Positions 61,101 through 64,000 of a DNA stretch of 64,000 bases are shown in pieces. Both the position numbers and the translations under genes were made by a program. Each line of letters opens with the position of its first letter. Positions within the stretch are counted from its first letter, which is position 1. The DNA is taken from assembly GCA_051530055.1 (NCBI GenBank), contig CM121342.1:15143480-15207479 (forward strand), given 5' to 3'. The DNA comes from Neoechinorhynchus agilis. Taxonomy: Eukaryota; Animalia; Acanthocephala. The notes beneath the pieces were generated by a model that ran no database searches, was not told where the DNA came from, and saw nothing but the letters and a program-made list of their open reading frames with translations.

Positions 61101-64000
61101 TGTCTCTAACGCGCTGTTCTTCAACAATATCTCGACACTTGCAGAGGAAGACATTACGCAGTTGTTGCATCCCGACGGCATTTCTTACAGCAATATCTTG
61201 ATTATTATAGAAGCAGATGTAACGCAGTTCTTGTATCTCCGACGCGCATTTCTTACAGCAATATCTTGATAATTATAGAAGAAGATGTAACGCAGTTCTT
61301 GTATCTTAGACGCGCATTTCTTACAGCAATATCTTGATAATTATAGAGACAGATGTAACGCAGTTCTTATATGTCCGACGCGCATTTTTTACAGAGATAT
61401 CTCAAAATTTATCGAAGCAGACGTAACAATTTTGTTGTGTCTCTAACGCGCTGTTCTTCGACAATATCTCGACACTTGCAGAGGTAGACATCACGCAGTT
61501 GTTGCATCTCCGACGCGCATTTCTTACAGCAATATCTTGATAATTATAGAGACAGATGTAACGCAGTTCTTGTATCTCCGACGCGCATTTCGTACAGAGA
61601 TATCTCAATATTTATGGAAGCAGACGTAACAATTTTGTTGTGTCTCTAACGCGCTGTTCTTCAACAATATCTCGACACTTGCAGAGGAAGACATTACGCA
61701 TTTGTTGCATCTCCGACGCGCATTTCTTACAGCAATATCTTGATAATTATAGAGGCAGATGTAAAGCAGTTCTTGTATCTCCGACGCGCATTTCGTACAG
61801 AGATATCTCAATATTTATGGAAGCAGACGTAACAATTTTGTTGTGTCTCTAACGCGCTGTTCTTCAACAATATCTCGACACTTGCAGAGGTAGACATTAC
61901 GCATTTGTTGCATCCCGACGGCATTTCTTACAGCAATATCTTGATAATAATAGAAGCAGATGTAACGCAGTTATTGTATCTCCGACGCGCATTTCGTACA
62001 GAGATATCGCAATATTTATGGAAGCAGACGTAACAATTTTGTTGTGTCTAACGCGCTGTTCTTCGACAATATCTCGACACTTGCAGCGGTAGACATCACG
62101 CATTTGTTGCATCTCCGACGCGCATTTCTTACAGCAATAGCTTGATAATTATAGAGACAGATGTAACGCAGTTCTTGTATCTCCGACGCGCATTTCGTAC
62201 AGAGATATCTCAATATTTATGGAAGCAGACGTAACAATTTTGTTGTGTCTCTAACGCGCTGTTCTTCAACAATATCTCGACACTTGCAGAGGAAGACATT
62301 ACGGGTGTTGCATCTCCGACGCATTTCTTACAGCAATATCTTGATTATTATAGAAGCAGATGTAACGCAGTTCTTGTATCTCCGACGCGCATTTCTTACA
62401 GCAATATCTTGATAATTATAGAAGAAGATGTAACGCAGTTCTTGTATCTTAGACGCGCATTTCTTACAGCAATATCTTGATAATTATAGAGACAGATGTA
62501 ACGCAGTTCTTATATATCCGACGCGCATTTCTTACAGAGATATCTCAAAATTTATCGAAGCAGACGTAACAATTTTGTTGTGTCTCTAACGCGCTGTTCT
62601 TCGACAATATCTCGACACTTGCAGATGTAGACATCACGCAGTTGTTGCATCTCCGACGCGCATTTCTTACAGCAATATCTTGATAATTATAGAGACAGAT
62701 GTAACGCAGTTCTTGTATCTCCGACGCGCATTTCGTACAGAGATATCTCAATATTTATGGAAGCAGACGTAACAATTTTTTTGTGTCTCTAACGCGCTGT
62801 TCTTCAACAATATCTCGACACTTGCAGAGGAAGACATTACGCAGTTGTTGCATCCCGACGCGCATCTCTTACAGCTATATCTTGATAATTATAGAAGCAG
62901 ATGTAACGCAGTATTTGCATCTCCGACGCGCATTTCGTACAGAGATATCTCAGAATTTATGGAAGCAGACGTAACAATTTTGTTGTGTCTCTAACGCGCT
63001 GTTCTTCAACAATATCTCGACACTTGCAGAAGCAGACATCACGCAGTTGTTGCATCTCCGACGCGCATTTCTTACAGCAATATCTTGATAATTATAGAGA
63101 CAGATGTAACGCAGTTCTTTTATCTCCGACGCGCATTTCGTACAGAGATATCTCAGAATTTATGGAAGCAGACGTAACAATTTTGTTGTGTCTCTAACGC
63201 GCTGTTCTTTAACAATATCTCGACACTTGCAGAGGCAGACATGACGCATTTGTTGCATCTCCGACGCGCATTTCTTACAGCAATATCTTGATAATTATAG
63301 AGGCAGATGTAACGCAGTTCTTGTATCTCCGACGCGCATTTCGTACAGAGATATCTCAATATTTATGGAAGCAGACGTAACAATTTTGTTGTGTCTCTAA
63401 CGCGCTGTTCTTCAACAATATCTCGACACTTGCAGAAGAAGACATTACGCATTTGTTGCATCTCCGACGCGCATTTCTTACAGCAATATCTTGATAATTA
63501 TAGAGGCAGATGTAACGCAGTTCTTGTATCTCCGACGCGCATTTCGTACAGAGATATCTCAATATTTATGGAAGCAGACGTAACAATTTTGTTGTGTCTC
63601 TAACGCGCTGTTCTTCAACAATATCTCGACACTTGCAGAGGCAGACATCACGCATTTGTTGCATCTCCGACGCGCATTTCTTACAGCAATATCTTGATAA
63701 TTATAGAGACAGATGTAACGCAGTTCTTGTATCTCCGACGCGCATTTCGTACAGAGATATCTCAATATTTATGGAAGCAGACGTAACAATTTTGTTGTGT
63801 CTCTAACGCGCTGTTCTTCAACAATATCTCGACACTTGCAGAGGAAGACATTACGCAGTTGTTGCATCTCCGACGCGCATTTCTTACAGCAATATCTTGA
63901 TTATTATAGAAGCAGATGTAACGCAGTTCTTGTATCTCCGACGCGCATTTCTTACAGCAATATCTTGTTTATTATAGAGACAGATGAAACGCAGTTCTTG
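58170..64000. repeat. Tandem satellite, 203-bp unit made of three diverged ~68-bp monomers (69+68+66); continues past the window end
   Basis: Repeated ORF starts 203 bp apart (for example 63153/63356/63559). Monomers share acgca.tt.ttg.atctccgacgcgcatttc.taca...atatct. Confidence 0.97.

Noticed and set aside
58133-63806. Dozens of 68-70 aa Cys-rich ORFs (MRYLCTKC..., MSLTRCSS...)
   Set aside because: By-products of the 203-bp satellite: the unit is not a multiple of 3, indels are frequent and many starts are non-ATG.
58170-64000. CRISPR-like array
   Set aside because: No unique spacers, eukaryotic context and no cas genes; it is a plain tandem repeat.

Overview
Eukaryotic nuclear DNA from a compact-genome animal, with many 40-60 nt GT-AG introns. 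A cox1 NUMT that uses AGG at conserved Ser positions points to a bilaterian invertebrate, but the taxon cannot be fixed from this window. Genes read by manual exon joining: TRMT2A-like, an arrestin-domain gene, AdipoR, ATP6AP1 (last exon missed by the ORF track), B9D1, alanine aminotransferase, two fibrillar collagens arranged head-to-head (one clade-B-like, one clade-A-like), a RAD51D-like ORF that fills one collagen intron in antisense, RPS4, a senju/SLC35A sugar transporter, RPL3 (hosting a C/D snoRNA and interrupted by an exonic insertion with a target-site duplication), a CLC-2-like channel with Thr in place of the gating Glu, a reduced FET-family RNA-binding protein and ATG3. Mobile DNA: five Penelope-like fragments, most ending in minimal hammerhead ribozyme motifs; a 138-bp hammerhead mini-element with a 12-bp TSD; CRE-like and L2/CR1-like non-LTR remnants; a tRNA-headed SINE-like repeat; a solo LTR. 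The last ~5.8 kb is a 203-bp (3 x ~68 bp) higher-order satellite. All identifications are by eye from motifs; no searches or folding programs were run, and transposon boundaries are approximate.
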